Shown here: piece after piece, positions 63,972-64,000 of the stretch
How positions within the stretch are numbered: position 1 is the first letter of the stretch
Layout: every line of letters starts with the position of its first letter
Assembly (NCBI GenBank): GCA_965205865.1
Contig: CBDBHR010000025.1
Coordinates: 96,001-160,000, forward strand
Length of the DNA: 64,000 nucleotides
From: a bacterium
GTDB lineage: Bacteria; SAR324; NAC60-12
Direction of reading: 5' to 3'
Program-made: the position numbers and the translations under genes
The notes under the pieces: model-generated
The model's input: the letters and a program-made list of their open reading frames with translations, nothing else
Told to the model about the DNA's origin: nothing
Database searches by the model: none

Positions 63972-64000
63972 TGTTTTCTCCTTGATTGAGATTAAAATTA

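Overview
Bacterial chromosomal window (about 45% GC backbone; gene style suggests a deltaproteobacterium such as SAR324, by inference only). Ordinary genes flank it on the left (mutL 3' end, NUDIX, Csp, membrane proteins) and right (quinone oxidoreductase, pentapeptide protein, acyl-CoA ligase, thiolase). Between them lies a roughly 55 kb decaying accessory island (about 3.9-59 kb). The island holds five Opp/Dpp-type clusters (family 5 solute-binding protein plus permeases) with no intact ATPase; two of them form a tandem duplication with reciprocal lesions. It also holds three PhyH-type and one TauD-type Fe/2OG dioxygenases, AKR, ALDH, a ThDP enzyme, and broken Gfo/Idh/MocA, enolase-superfamily, 2-hydroxyacid dehydrogenase and SDR genes. 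Mobile elements: four near-identical IS1380 copies with 5-bp TSDs, an IS66 nested in an ISNCY/IS5-like element, and relics of IS91, IS5, IS1595, IS110 and RAYT. Two TA systems have broken toxins. Most notable non-coding signals: (1) a promoter plus covarying hairpin module carried in the IS66 right end and reused directly upstream of two transporter operons; (2) an IS-split attC-like site followed by a structured IS110-like left end; (3) stacked in-frame RBS/signal-peptide modules on an SBP gene next to a roughly 38-unit heptamer repeat. Some small indels may be assembly errors.
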